Below are positions 37,301 through 43,576 of a stretch of DNA of 64,000 bases, one piece after another; positions within the stretch are counted from its first letter, which is position 1; the number at the start of each line of letters is the position of its first letter. Position numbers and translations under genes: made by a program. Origin of the DNA: a virus. The stretch lies in IMG/VR virus record IMGVR_UViG_3300028415_000003, positions 6,814 to 70,813 of that record. One strand, given 5' to 3'. The notes beneath the pieces were generated by a model. The model was not told where the DNA came from and did no database searches. It saw only the letters and a list, made by a program, of their open reading frames with translations.

Positions 37301-39160
37301 CCTAATTATAATTTTACAAAGAAAGACGCTTATGAGTCGTTAATGCAAAATTCTTCATATCAGAAAGGGATGCTTCCTTTAATGACAAAAACTTCTGAAC
37401 AATTATTTAATGAAGGAGAATTAGGGAAGTCTAGTAAAAAACGGCTGAGTCAGATTACTAACAACATGAACATGTTTGATGATGCAAATGATCTTTCAAA
37501 AACTGACGTGAAAGAAATAAATAAGCTTTCTGATCAATTCTTTAATCAAATTGGGTACATGCGTGAAGGCAGTAACACAAAGTTTGGTAGCCATGCAAGA
37601 ACTTTTGATATTCTTGGAATTGGGAAAAATTCAAAAGGAGAAATTGTTCTTGACAGTCAGGAGAAAAACAACAATATCACTACTGATATTGAAACAATTA
37701 TGAATTATTTTGCCATGAGTTCTAAGCGAAAGATTCATTATGAAAACGATGTGCTACCTATAATCAATGGAGCAAAAGTTTTTATGACAGATATGAAAAA
37801 TCATAAAGATAAAAATCTGAGTAATGAAATTGATTATGTGGAAATGTTTACGGAAATGTCTATTCGCGGACAACGCCGTAACCTTGGTGGTGATATTGGA
37901 GGAGTAGAGCTACAACCAACAATTAGTACACTTTCAACTGTTGGTGGTACAATTGCGCTTTTCGGTAATGTGAATGTTGGTGTTGTATCATCATTAATTA
38001 ATGGAATGCACTCGTTCGTGGAAGGAATAGCGAACCAGTTTGTTGAACGTGGGATATTTAACTTTTCGGATCTTATCAAAGCAAACAGGTTAATATTCAG
38101 CGAATGGGGGAAGATGTCTGAGCTTTGTAAGATGTATCAGAATATTTCAATGAGTGAATGGGAATTAATTTCACATCCTCAAAATATGAGCAAAACGAAA
38201 AAAGGACAGATTCTTTCAAGGTATTGGGGTCATATGTTTAACTATGCTTCTGACTATTATGGTCGTAATCTGGTAATGATTGCTCAAATGGTGCATGATG
38301 GAACCTGGGATGCTCATGAATTTGATAGCGAAACAGGGAAGATTAATTACAATCGGAAAAAAGACAAGCGTTTTTATGATGAAAACGGACAAATGACTGA
38401 AGACGGAAATGTACTGTATGAAACAATTCGTAATCAAGTTTATAAAGATGGATTCAAAGGACAGAAAAAAGAAGGAGAACTTGTAAGGGCTTATACCCGT
38501 AAAGAATCGAGGAAGTTTAAAAATATTTCTGATATGTTTGTTGTGGGAGCTTATACGGATAAAGAAAAAGTCATGTTGACTCACTATACACTTGGCCGCT
38601 TCTTCGCTGTATTCCGTAATTACTTATTTACACACGTCCAAAATGCAGTAATGAAAGGTCATTATATTGGTGATGTTGGAAGGTACAAAGTGAAAAAGGA
38701 TGCTCATGGCAAGCCTATGGCTGAATGGGAAAGACTTTACATGGAAGGATGGGTCAGAACAGCAACACGAATGATTGGCGATGTGGTTAAAACAAGAAGT
38801 CTTGACAACTTTAAGAATATGAGCGAATCTGAGAAATACAACTGGTTAAGAATTGCATCAAAAACATTGATGGTTCTTGGTGTTTCTATGCTTTACAACA
38901 TGTCTGTGAAAGACGATGATGATGATAAAACAGGTTTCGTTCCGGATTGGAGAATCCTTCGAAACATAAAATATTCTTATGCCGGTGTGTTTGCCTTGTT
39001 TGATAGTGGAATTATCTCAAGTCCTTTTGCAATTATTTCTGTATTTAAACGAATACTTACTAATCCTATAGGAGAATTTGAAGTTGAAAATATTCAAAGA
39101 TTTGCTCCGGGATATACAACAATAGAAACACTTTATGAACCAATTAAAAATGAAGAATAA
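19343..39160 (+). CDS. Giant virion-packaged RNA polymerase polyprotein (6605 aa) with SF1 helicase and zincin-like domains
   Basis: Two-barrel RNAP catalytic DxDxD in GSDYDID (DYDID at 32684-32698) preceded by RIPT; TDG motif ~31016; Walker A GFAGTGKTT (23594-23620) with IFDE, LGDDNQ, VYRS and TGVSRA; HEAMH (27479-27493) and HEITH (35168-35182). Confidence 0.88.
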   Translation: MQSKTEQTQINIPEKESLEPPEQKVKSKDKDINSQNSFLQEQNDEPPLMDFSYALRVYDYNIADVKQDELRTKVTYAMPSPKQFAENNPRLANDEEAFNTMYSIIEDKWRLYKDGDFSQWSTEDIYVPDNKYGDYLKRKTGQNYPSFIQYDDPKPVSQTSRRFPGIGTVEIATADEVADKTPFIKDKEGRVLPVDYENLETQYFNDFKRVQNLEKGIDFFWQEAKDGERIAGDKIRSALGPRHLESSWYKAIPRGLWSGTAPMMVRGSGQFIEVIGDLIDPSDQDKWSDRVGTNSLNWANKYSKQNYDEMEGAFNNWSSFRYQVMNGIGQISSTVLLNYATGGMFSSLGLSTQLSGKIAKHFGMSFMAAEAAGAFREEAKNLGIGEFDSALLFPLIMAATYASERVIPADWEHQGFSRYTKRNLRKTINNEFKEYAKTTGIPITSIGKNGKETLIKRSLNKWKEGFKNWGPKSGVSRSFLGAFDESLEEIGEGYMHSGIKDLYNLYADAEASETLNRYNESSWKESDNPDKMIEILSDGSEVEIPKKEYEAIQKDIELSTKIKNKEGGMFDDTSVNFEEGAIAGISSLLTGLPINLMQQRKEDNSENKFIELALALENGDIKDKDLDAAIKEAKKDGVLGSKVATENGDVVNVKGTTKDGQPAETQANQSKRIVRESIGVFRDIIKRYGINSAEVLKATMGDKSVIKEATKIARKLDEAKKALEALEVDPSIFTEEDSQKYNSVEEKTKKLEADVERYSKKFADATQPKEGGKYSKTYSSLYFESAQVFYGAEKKLKKKILDKDFDGKKYENLTLEERDKYKKKLNKQRKDLVETQRPQILQDIYQFQALRSASGEEVHKQTQALFDEVAENYLKEEERVLKSTQDRFDKSILSDEKRESVDKAITDLEKQVGEIANYKEGSEVSLSEKFENTKKSYRKIQNFIADVEIGALHGDAKAQQWLGELEGMRAQSEAAVDQALGNLNDMFGEVNEANKVDPELLDADREVASGNTELFNRLRNKRGKSIENLTVEEQLEVLNQIIEKHPVFLDEKKEDPSTLESVFRKYKEMMDNKVAVMNPASMEKHLEQIKAVLTTLRNQFEMNVELMQNDIEANENTAEHSPLRDKPYQRIDQGTRPVLNKEESISEGESNYTQIIEKIDNYLNTVKDVKEYVAQTKSSRDSYKVKAKSLHLGARVFALNGFMEIDSKLNIKELDDIEKVLNEHNVKTINELLYLFSKSKKEKQEEIQGAITKIERLIVQAETFLEGKMDNVLKELAEGATTFTALKDFVYGSAISPNENSGLLSESNLEVGKKDFNSENKNTDLGELYQYIMISKALQINRFGGKDFSKEDLYAIYRDMLSEKEQKGSDEFVPNYEQEQALMEIVSFLFDPKFDSFKNFLSEDEHDTMIRNGLYVRGFAGTGKTTIVLKNSIQLLSKLKGRGVKVTIVSPNRNLQSNIDKDLQDVSEIETSNNILLSEFLEGKASIDPDSDIVIFDEISVITRDQSNIIKDKLNNSQIPSLFLGDDNQVSDLSYTDDQGAVLTPKMPIMEKTQRTIPMTEVYRSGVSDLHYIQDYYRNLRTTASEGDRTDLPITSFSGEGASMKGVRYMETTQEIEEAFMDYMKNNPNAPVTEVMLIVKNKAERDEFLRKHPEYENHVRTVEFIIGNEENAISGIASRHVFFATNPVVTSTPNGIVTESRIGLTGVSRASESLVMIGKVSKSKKTDKVPESESINTEEISEIRQEEIRRLHEITSKKAPGNKTDNEDNEIDSKSDFRSINLTEDGKNQVIVESEEKINELKNKGVSALKDLNSEDPTLTHITESLFEKTGNENANTRSRNSMVKAALLYNFNSSETNEKAFRERIQEYFEATETKYTEDELFSILSNSLFASKEILDILDEDLTLVNLPFVSGDKIAMPAIVKIVGYSNGQPVVDVYDFRITSGKSITKLSEYDKKKLAAYADILRANGLKINNLKISNIVETFEKKGDSVSLEYFYGKTLKLDSEEAISLMSFENENEANETFVGQEEFFENERSLTENKGFKLGQLIQDKDSLIFHKLHGITSKRIEGKIVTQYHIETENGNIKAVNQSEFESQYQVPNTEDPVTRFKTTAEDFENGVDTNTTNTFFVTDAEAVKILGENSSSVPVEDFYNPDKNVVYARKMLLVKYFYPGVRVTKEYRDGGKVFGMKNGQMVRFEYDGKIAINRMSEKDIDKALDLLNSYGEEITKQEFIDQGLDIVSADFEPEFNFGAVDKTNTEGKVRSIQPKAYNTYMEETDDSKAEALLDKMFENAFDNDDNLATREALIEMNKERMRRLRSEEKVESVVNSVEPGKIIRVFDDFIPIKNLIDKLVKKRQVIEAKDQDNMYVISESKRQKNGKWRNTITIKLDGVGELTFLIDRKIVKNNKDLDYFLQDLSEVEDLIKAYEENFKDLSNKEKADLFKEVEESVLFRFVKTNANILNNYKDQLPLRFNDKGVSIKGSTPLQKIKSLKSIAKFISSAIANNSIDQYFRYPAKNKSGKIDIAHFESIVHDVTQPNLNLEFNRISKSAPKEQETKKHEPVKPESISSLDLSSRTSLTIDDINNNSVEDIVSAFETIGATIDEFEAEILSEAKKGDADMNEILEALNQKLSDDEEYPKLVSTENKLSFVSLEKARETLRSIIGDLTDTNVFFHNGYLYTKDGQRALGLTRDALIKLAMLDGKTSSQTVRHEAMHFIINNMVKPGQRKKILETARKEMEDNGEKINSESDIHEYISKLYENSENIKFKNLLQRFIMWLKKVANQFGAYHYTFDEILYLADQGYFKDRHALSSNENTFYKVENEHNSEESIKYLESRIGDVQLVDWVKNNIFIPEFIEQSPFGRGLNENKTVGEALLALYNKYDSIDEKTREKLSRVLDRDGSLNFEKIKRMFNTPLGRKYLKRDIYPVLLSDKKIFASMTQIALGRVNLNALVDFKRKKALDSESVSGASGQKLVEAESFDPNLSRSEFQKMLLQSIPIYDEGKKAKVEYNGNIVYYANPNTMDHILIDAANRLKQMGKRHFTDQEFFDMLEKMKNETDKSKYKTLIYSFMSTFGNKKFADSEGNADLNFRMQNNGYQALAEDEQVSLEKRKRYRDIVSGFISYYSSLGNVSLALVNLTEKQSWEVKSSADDKVMKAYIRESMKTHFIGQGGFLNKDVSEVFDSANQKNLSVTKEGIFFNGKLYIKGDIKKQSPMAISIILNNLKLNKKGIFTQRIIEELNKEVIGQSSEKGNKNWSMSLGQYLHAITAGLQARVIVDKEYTKHFDNGGKARDLKFSKETKAALDLAKSLYQKASIQWDSVEQNTNRTSERSGVPDLPSPADFYMYYEYIGNLMKQYNADIGTRMIVNSEGNFEYSHPLSSNLYDAAMGGSRSLIAHVSDLSKKDYVSNLPRKIKNENIDPVSPIIGNNGYNNPILANVISVDPIQKFDGIKTFLRSGGIDKMTDKDFAKVIIEELTYKQIIKGGNESVLPSLYGTLADKKNRSVFNVVSERNPIFFKSFAEGYDFLEELGVNYTGLANSIDLFVNYYEKTNNLALGRWNNVLGKNFKSTESLQKYIEEGLSAAETKVIINQLTEKKDYFEKFNPETRTIKITGLGNSIITEDSNIIYKPSFIAEWRKTNTIKDLIKRGRKQQELLEKATLESRQQFAEWIADSGYKMTSKMTDLFKQFGYNMESGEQISDMIEKHIEELREKEKKRKEIGYKIGERKKIEAEIDKLRGTEKKEALKEAEENLEQFDQQFKNLNEMYGTLKKEIKAIQQKHTKESRKIRKQIIENKYQSEGNQIHPLIDIAFWNFHVLNESMDQIVRGSQTNYANLTDFIKRGSSLTGPGTHVDTSRKDGVGKTANTLILRDIPGLQKQFSEKFEEELHTDGLSIVNPIWAEMLKRSAGQEFGNVHNGMLKPMIFDYNPVTDDLIYAKLSQMPINNRQFRNNKIFKQMFEMMVGEELMPYFMEEYENNGQDIRKASTALIDRAANDTDIRKLIDDQMVGYILFESAVKSGKRKIIDFDVPIGEMLTLQNVSINKSLNNEKNRIKINNDAYKIQTVTKQDVIEAEKVIPTQILSVIGGLDNETNETIVKEVNHGLAGTANIIREKLVSMSSGKSIEYMKELLHYTAMKRGDTGKAGRVSAWASPDVSRNKAIAAFLTAVNKYIKPNMAGQSFVQAPDLGNMYFDKDGNAYLPSDLDLDDDSQNVDGKVRRPLKPILFIVEGKETKTDGTLFTKEELIEAQKAGKKVEIKPAEVIAPFGYMKVFGITRNTTLRDVMSVVINGKEVKFDNANPEYKDVQNKVNKAFEGMELDGILDSFHPDIRTEIIRRFTQSIRVNDKYDLLDTIQESNPKLYKEIDKQLKTLDEEGIPGEGSKAFGLMMNVISNYYYNLNKALNVFGVRIPTTNASSGWVGRIVAFDYESENTVYTSAEKNILDGSDYDIDQVSMYFLSLDEWGNEITPDSVIKERMKAEKKAHKETGKLKEKAEDPNSIDEIDADYSKAEKFDTKYNGNMIFTALQKFYRESGNIEMILEEINLDSFRDKADLVPQEWQEFVSDISSNMKASEINLSGQKLVGHFQNLEKFTLKLLAIPKATRDQILPPEKFKMFSGNKAISEQIAFVAKLINAATDNAKEGGLLGRLNITESTSPIVNGMVMAGLSEKEILDILQNETILNASKKSMTSKSITGYNDNGVPENAQYKIIPIWEAISEYISGDYFDTPTHQIKDEKDRFLVQIREYAYMGEQLRRFGNITNIQQEISIENSKRNNVINSINEAIGTTDADEYIQRRLAGESTTGIMNIPTDGHESNIRKQFNIGDAMMENEMLYTHVRTLAQVQKTINESITTDKVINKAKGTIEKRLGQSINIPVVYETIERGIEDYIVGQFIADNFKEVTVGDQAYDLSLAKNRVRFSMDFPLFIEEYTFNWYKNAPKGKKNNTFLRRVKQRSTKSGYLYLDFSSSNDVNDTHKKLYRDHFEIIDESVKNAFRAYQLLMNGFRYKNGSMIDFTDEKAERQYTNWIQSFDPEKINENDLAEQVILRNKELVHYAADTEKLMKKLKKNDIITSLIYYTPKKASFNPHIYKFDIKKGTKEYLNSPYPTLINTYSAKSETTNLPVIDALSSKEMRTFKNNDSVIIKSYFPIVVWHQKNNDYPYSLSNKDQAVLQDGTVGNVEIVGPKHKKDNLTNTSIIKFTKANKPQASRISKNQSKASYYVLKSFMDKLQKAFPNIRINYVNNITSKHPELIGYFENGQVFFNTDKLQLDTPIHEITHVFIDILESANHELYRALENEAITLIESNHEVVQEILKEYADISKVDLVKEVIATMAGWNSQEAVRNLLDKTPGMNSDQKASTLYGKISALVNRFYTWLKNAVYGALGVQQINSRTLKDFDFKNATIKSFAEMMVNAVNNGQVLSYVSSKQMSNIAKADVYASKIKTIYDVKKMAKVLTNPSDRFDFEEMSTDAKVDYVYNLIDTNTGKIGAGLTGTEYNFKGMTVDEIKSTIRKKVITEYETRDNKFKAKISNWINEHEASVHDSIETFGKTSNDIPIYKVPILKKFKKQIEYASFKEFGRVSELEKMEGGEEIAKHLSKSIRSFDPHISIEKTSDGSIYVSLYDITMDNIDRPDIENELGNIASRFLTDREAKKMGLSMTNNPGDVRQLMLVLMANKLMNANPNIKIKEAGVISLKPSGSQMKMIDFLKVNKNISVLSQIDDFINSLSPELKELFKQELKIPKVDYEKLLNNFYENAADNSFPKYIKMLFQNPENYTVIQKKNLLMARLRYALENNDETNNYRQEINLLTQTLLDLKTVNVVDTEMNSEDMSLLSDIDKFIQPGQYIANDIIQALREITLDTSNKIVEEVQEFQSEFKPIQKWFESRNSGISIGFGDKSHRFFKDLFVKRDIDGSGNEVFTGEIFWTTDETKDPVNAKKAKELGLSAELLEQGEKLVNMITDQYIDLVYHYHEMQGYMKNLKTGKPNYNFTKKDAYESLMQNSSYQKGMLPLMTKTSEQLFNEGELGKSSKKRLSQITNNMNMFDDANDLSKTDVKEINKLSDQFFNQIGYMREGSNTKFGSHARTFDILGIGKNSKGEIVLDSQEKNNNITTDIETIMNYFAMSSKRKIHYENDVLPIINGAKVFMTDMKNHKDKNLSNEIDYVEMFTEMSIRGQRRNLGGDIGGVELQPTISTLSTVGGTIALFGNVNVGVVSSLINGMHSFVEGIANQFVERGIFNFSDLIKANRLIFSEWGKMSELCKMYQNISMSEWELISHPQNMSKTKKGQILSRYWGHMFNYASDYYGRNLVMIAQMVHDGTWDAHEFDSETGKINYNRKKDKRFYDENGQMTEDGNVLYETIRNQVYKDGFKGQKKEGELVRAYTRKESRKFKNISDMFVVGAYTDKEKVMLTHYTLGRFFAVFRNYLFTHVQNAVMKGHYIGDVGRYKVKKDAHGKPMAEWERLYMEGWVRTATRMIGDVVKTRSLDNFKNMSESEKYNWLRIASKTLMVLGVSMLYNMSVKDDDDDKTGFVPDWRILRNIKYSYAGVFALFDSGIISSPFAIISVFKRILTNPIGEFEVENIQRFAPGYTTIETLYEPIKNEE

Positions 39161-40299
39161 TGGCACATATTGATCCTACATTTATCATAGGCACAGAAGT
39201 CGAAAAAGAGAGCAAACATATTTTTGTAAGAGATCAAACTCTTAATTATGCAGAAACGCTTAATGAAGAAGATACAGGATATGCTTCAACAGAGTTTATC
39301 CGGGCAATATTTGTATTTGAAAACAACACGATAAAGCCGTCTCTTTCTCAACTAACAGGGTTTGGTATGGAGTATCAATATCCTGTACTCAATAACAGAA
39401 GGTATAAAACCTTCATGTATTTCATTCCAGTATATGATGATGCCCAGGAGTACCCTGTTGGAGTCATTGTATATAAAGACGGCGGTTTTTATAAGAAAAT
39501 AAACAATGATGCGATTTCTTATGAACCAGGTGAGGAGCCTGAAATAAGAGCGAGTGTCACCGACCAACCGTTATATGATGATGCCCAAATAGAGTTATGG
39601 CAGCGATTAACTATAGATGATTTCGCTGAATTTGATGCGTGCTATACAAATGCTCAAGCAGGAAGCCTTGTTTATCCTGTTCAGTCTATTCAACAAGCAG
39701 TGTCATTTAGTAATACTGATTGGCAAGATTACAGCTTAAAAAAGATTGCTCCATACAGGTGGCAAATTTCAGACGATAGCAACGTTCCAGGTGCAAGAGG
39801 AATAAGAGTGCTTGATGTTGAACAAAACGAGTTAGAGCCTGCGATTTCATTTTCTATTGAAAGTGGAGAAACCAAAGAGATAAACCTTGGAAATAATTCG
39901 GATGGAGTTTATTTAGTAAAGATATACAATGGGTCTATAGAAGAAATGAGAGACGCCGATCCGAATTCTGAAATCTTAATCGAAGAATCAACCAAGTGGC
40001 TTGTGATATATGAGTATTCAAAAGTAAATGATTATGTTCATCAAGCCATGAAAGAAGTGTATACTAAAAAGCATGAAAGCTATCAAGGTGTAATGGAGCA
40101 ATACAAAAGAAGCCGTAATGTTATGAGTTCTTTCAAAATCTACTCGTTTTTTCTGACCGCAATGAGTACCATAAATTTTGAAAGGTTTGAATACATAGAG
40201 CATTACATGCTTACTAACGACAGATATTCTGTTATTAAATTAGCAGATAAGTATATAAGAAAATCGCTTGAAATGGCGACTAACTACAAAGACGATTAA
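39160..40299 (+). CDS. Putative tail-associated structural protein
   Basis: Acidic, beta-rich; coupled to the vRNAP gene; within the structural operon. Confidence 0.4.
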   Translation: MAHIDPTFIIGTEVEKESKHIFVRDQTLNYAETLNEEDTGYASTEFIRAIFVFENNTIKPSLSQLTGFGMEYQYPVLNNRRYKTFMYFIPVYDDAQEYPVGVIVYKDGGFYKKINNDAISYEPGEEPEIRASVTDQPLYDDAQIELWQRLTIDDFAEFDACYTNAQAGSLVYPVQSIQQAVSFSNTDWQDYSLKKIAPYRWQISDDSNVPGARGIRVLDVEQNELEPAISFSIESGETKEINLGNNSDGVYLVKIYNGSIEEMRDADPNSEILIEESTKWLVIYEYSKVNDYVHQAMKEVYTKKHESYQGVMEQYKRSRNVMSSFKIYSFFLTAMSTINFERFEYIEHYMLTNDRYSVIKLADKYIRKSLEMATNYKDD

Positions 40300-40714
40300 T
40301 ATGTTGAATGTATTAGCTTTCGAAACCATTCCTGATTATTTAGCAAAAAAAGGGTCTGATTTTTCTCAGTATTGGGCAGAGTTCTATAGTCTGGCTGATG
40401 ATTTTTTAAGAGGAAACACAGAAAAATTATTGATTGTTGAAGAAGAAGGAGCCCAGGATGAAGCCGATGAATTATCGCTTCGGATTATGGAAATGCATAT
40501 GCTGTTTATTTACTTCTTTATTATGAGGGAAGAATACGATCAGGAGGAAATAACAATTAAAGAGCTTTGGGAAGAATACGAAGTTCAAAAGATTGTGGAT
40601 TACTTTTTATCAATGAATATTAGTATATATCAATTGCTTGATATTTTTGAGCTTACCACCTATGAGCTTGGAATTGGAACAATGAAGATAGGTGATAATT
40701 TTCATGTTTTATAA
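40268..40714 (+). CDS. Hypothetical structural protein
   Basis: C-terminal 'GIGTMKIGDNFHV' resembles motifs in crAss-like tail proteins; the true start may be the ATG at 40301. Confidence 0.4.
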   Translation: MKWRLTTKTINMLNVLAFETIPDYLAKKGSDFSQYWAEFYSLADDFLRGNTEKLLIVEEEGAQDEADELSLRIMEMHMLFIYFFIMREEYDQEEITIKELWEEYEVQKIVDYFLSMNISIYQLLDIFELTTYELGIGTMKIGDNFHVL

Positions 40715-40728
40715 AACCATTTACTACT

Positions 40729-42132
40729 ATGAATAATATTATAAGAAAAAAACGCGAATTCTTCTTTGGTCCTGCCGGAAGTTCTTACAATAAGTTCTCT
40801 TCTATGAACAGGCCAAATGAGGCTACTTTCAGAAGGTTATTTTATTCCATTCCATTTTTTATGGAATCGGAAAGCACTGCTAAAGAAACCTCTCAAGGTT
40901 TGGTTAGATTAAGCAAAGATGATGATGCTTTTAATAGAAATACTATTAGTTCAGACGGCTTTGCAAGAGCAGTACAACCGCACCAGTTACCATCCATTAA
41001 GCGAAAGGATTCAGTAAAAAATATTTTGAAGATTACTGAAGCCAATAGTGCAGATAACAGAACAGGAGGAACTGGTTCTAATATTTTACTTTCTTCATAT
41101 GAATTTGTTGGGGATGGAGTTGGTATTGACGTTGATCATGTAAATGAAAAAATTACGTTTTCATATGTACCAATCAACCAGGATGATATCAGTGTATATA
41201 TTGATGATGCATTGCAAATTTACAGGACAAATAGTGAAATTGGTAATGCTTTTGTTAGTACATCAATATTTAATAATTCCATTGCAAATATTAATAGTAA
41301 CATTACATCCATTAAGGATTTGCAAGGAAACTTTACCGATGTACCTATTGCTCTTGGTAATACAATTTCAAAAGCATTAATCAATCTTAATACCGCTGTT
41401 GGTTCTGCCAGTTCTGAAGCAAATCAGAACACACAAGCCATTACCGGATTGAATCAATTCATAGGACAGATAAACACTTCTATTAATCAATTATTAGTAA
41501 ATCAGGCCGATGTTTCTAATTTTGAATCACGACTTAATGACGTTGAAGCAACAGCTATCCCTATTTCTTTATGGCTAACAACCGCTGGCAAAGTTGAGGA
41601 TATGCATAGAAGTTATAATGAACATTATTTTACTCATTATGAAGAAATAAGTACGAATATAAACAATAGACTTGTTAAATCCGCATCTATACCAAGCAAT
41701 GTTGCTAACAACATGGATATGATTTCTATTGTTTCAGATTTCACATTTAGTCCTTCTTCAGGAGTCAATAAAATAAAACTGATAATTCAACAAGGATCAG
41801 AAAAAATAGAAATTGAGGTTACTGATAATGATACGGGTAACAAACAAATTTTAGAATCTTATTTTGAATTTGATGATGAGGGTAATGTTTTGTATTATGC
41901 TTACGAACATGGGCTTAATATAGACAGTAAAATGATTAAAGAAGGTAAATCTGAAATGATTAATTTATCTGAGGAATTTAATATTCATTTAATTGCTCTT
42001 ATTTCTGATTCAACGAAACAAATTACGTTTGGAAAACTTCTCGGTTCTGTTCAGCATAGACCAATAACTTCAGGAGCAAATATTACAGTTCAATCCACAA
42101 CAATAGAATACGATCCTGTTATGTATCAATAA
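40729..42132 (+). CDS. Putative tail fibre/needle protein
   Basis: 'AKETSQGLVRL' fibre-repeat-like motif, Asn/Ser/Ile coiled coil, beta-rich C-terminus; last gene of the + strand block. Confidence 0.5.
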   Translation: MNNIIRKKREFFFGPAGSSYNKFSSMNRPNEATFRRLFYSIPFFMESESTAKETSQGLVRLSKDDDAFNRNTISSDGFARAVQPHQLPSIKRKDSVKNILKITEANSADNRTGGTGSNILLSSYEFVGDGVGIDVDHVNEKITFSYVPINQDDISVYIDDALQIYRTNSEIGNAFVSTSIFNNSIANINSNITSIKDLQGNFTDVPIALGNTISKALINLNTAVGSASSEANQNTQAITGLNQFIGQINTSINQLLVNQADVSNFESRLNDVEATAIPISLWLTTAGKVEDMHRSYNEHYFTHYEEISTNINNRLVKSASIPSNVANNMDMISIVSDFTFSPSSGVNKIKLIIQQGSEKIEIEVTDNDTGNKQILESYFEFDDEGNVLYYAYEHGLNIDSKMIKEGKSEMINLSEEFNIHLIALISDSTKQITFGKLLGSVQHRPITSGANITVQSTTIEYDPVMYQ

Positions 42133-42162
42133 AAAAAGGCCGCTCATGGTTGGGCGGCCTTT
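42131..42162. terminator. Terminator at the convergence of the structural and replication blocks
   Basis: AAAGGCCGC...GCGGCCTTT inverted repeat with A7 on the left and T3 on the right. Confidence 0.75.
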
Positions 42163-42500
42163 AAATTTCTCAGTTTTCTTCTCATTAATTTTACTTTCAC
42201 TTCAGGAGGTTCCTCAAGATATTCAAACTTATATCTTGGTTTCATAGTTCTTATAAAAGTAGCATGTGAAGTCTTAAGGAAAGAAAGATATTTTTTCTTG
42301 TCTCCGTATTCATCATGCTCTTTTCTGTTTACGGCCATAATATTTTCGATATGATTAATTTCCGGATTATTTGTTCCTCCCATTCCTTTATTTTTGATAT
42401 GGTGTATTTCAGTGGCTAAACGAAAGTTTAGTTCACTTGGAACAAAATCTCCTGGTGCATACCCAAAAAAGACGAAATATATTTTAGTATGTCTTTGCAT
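42144..42500 (-). CDS. HNH-family nuclease-like protein
   Basis: EIHHI...GMGG...ENIMAVNRKEH HNH pattern; the usual Zn-binding cysteines are absent. Confidence 0.65.
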   Translation of the reverse strand: MQRHTKIYFVFFGYAPGDFVPSELNFRLATEIHHIKNKGMGGTNNPEINHIENIMAVNRKEHDEYGDKKKYLSFLKTSHATFIRTMKPRYKFEYLEEPPEVKVKLMRRKLRNLKAAQP

Positions 42501-42518
42501 GATACATCATATTAATTT

Positions 42519-43232
42519 TTAATATTTTGTGTATGTAAAATATTTGATATTAAAATCAGAGTATTCAGTATGACCTTTTGGTGCTACATTTCTAATCATG
42601 TTGTTAATCACAAGATTCATAGAGTATTCGTTTAAATAATCCATGGTAGATTTATTCGTAACGGTTCTAACAAGCTTATCATTATAAAAAAATTTTAGGC
42701 TGTCTTTTCTCCATTCCAAAGCATATATCATATGCGTTTTATTCGGTGATTTAAAGCCAATCCAATGATCTCGTGCCGGTGGTGTATGTACGTAGTTTCC
42801 TCTGGTGTGAACATTTGATTCAATGTTGTAAAGCGAGGGATTGTTAATGCTTGGCCTAAAGTACCCAAAATGTTTAGAAGAATAGGCTTCGAATATATCA
42901 ATTTCAGGAGGCCAATCCCCCCACGCCCACAACCAAAATGCCGGCCATAACCAACGGCCTTCAGGGAGCCTTGCTTTTATTTCAAACCTTCCCCACGTAA
43001 AGTGTTTTAAACAAGAAATAAGACCAACAGCATTAATAGATTTTACTTTCTTCCCATCTATCTCAAATATTTTAGGTTTCCATTGAGTTAATAGGCTTAT
43101 AGAACCATCTGGCCTGAGTATAACAGAATTCTTATCATAATACGCCTGTCTTTTTTCTTTGTGTATCTGACCCCAACGTTCTTGTGTCAACCATTCATAT
43201 CCACACCACTGAAATGTTTTTCTTAATGACAT
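42519..43232 (-). CDS. Glycoside hydrolase family 16 (beta-glucanase/laminarinase-like)
   Basis: GRFEIKARLP, WPAFWL, catalytic EIDIFE (ExDxxE, 42888-42905), YALEW. Confidence 0.9.
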   Translation of the reverse strand: MSLRKTFQWCGYEWLTQERWGQIHKEKRQAYYDKNSVILRPDGSISLLTQWKPKIFEIDGKKVKSINAVGLISCLKHFTWGRFEIKARLPEGRWLWPAFWLWAWGDWPPEIDIFEAYSSKHFGYFRPSINNPSLYNIESNVHTRGNYVHTPPARDHWIGFKSPNKTHMIYALEWRKDSLKFFYNDKLVRTVTNKSTMDYLNEYSMNLVINNMIRNVAPKGHTEYSDFNIKYFTYTKY

Positions 43233-43576
43233 TTTTTAATTTCGTTATCTATGATTGTTAATATTTCATTTCCTCCTTTGTCATAAACTCCAATTTCACC
43301 AATGAACAATCCGCTATCTGAAAACTTGGTTTCGGATGGTAATTCATAAGTTCGTGTAGTGTGGGATATTATTTCGTAAACAATATCGCCAAACAACACT
43401 ACGTTAATATATGTACCTTCTATTTCAAATTCTTCATTAATATTTACTGAAACGCTGCCTTCAAAGTCTTCATAGTTTATTAATTCAATGATGCCTGAAT
43501 AGTTGAAGCTTAATATTTCTTCAATCTTTTTAATTACCAATTCTTTAAGATTGTCTGGTAAATTCATGTTTTTCAT
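43223..43576 (-). CDS. Hypothetical acidic protein
   Basis: ORF overlapping its neighbours in the - strand operon. Confidence 0.5.
   Translation of the reverse strand: MKNMNLPDNLKELVIKKIEEILSFNYSGIIELINYEDFEGSVSVNINEEFEIEGTYINVVLFGDIVYEIISHTTRTYELPSETKFSDSGLFIGEIGVYDKGGNEILTIIDNEIKKCH

Noticed and set aside
433-42132. Stop-codon reassignment (TAG or TGA), known in some Crassvirales
   Set aside because: Genes, including a 19.8-kb ORF, are intact in the standard code, and TAG (7470) and TGA (10735) serve as normal stops. The single TGA at 44896 is isolated.
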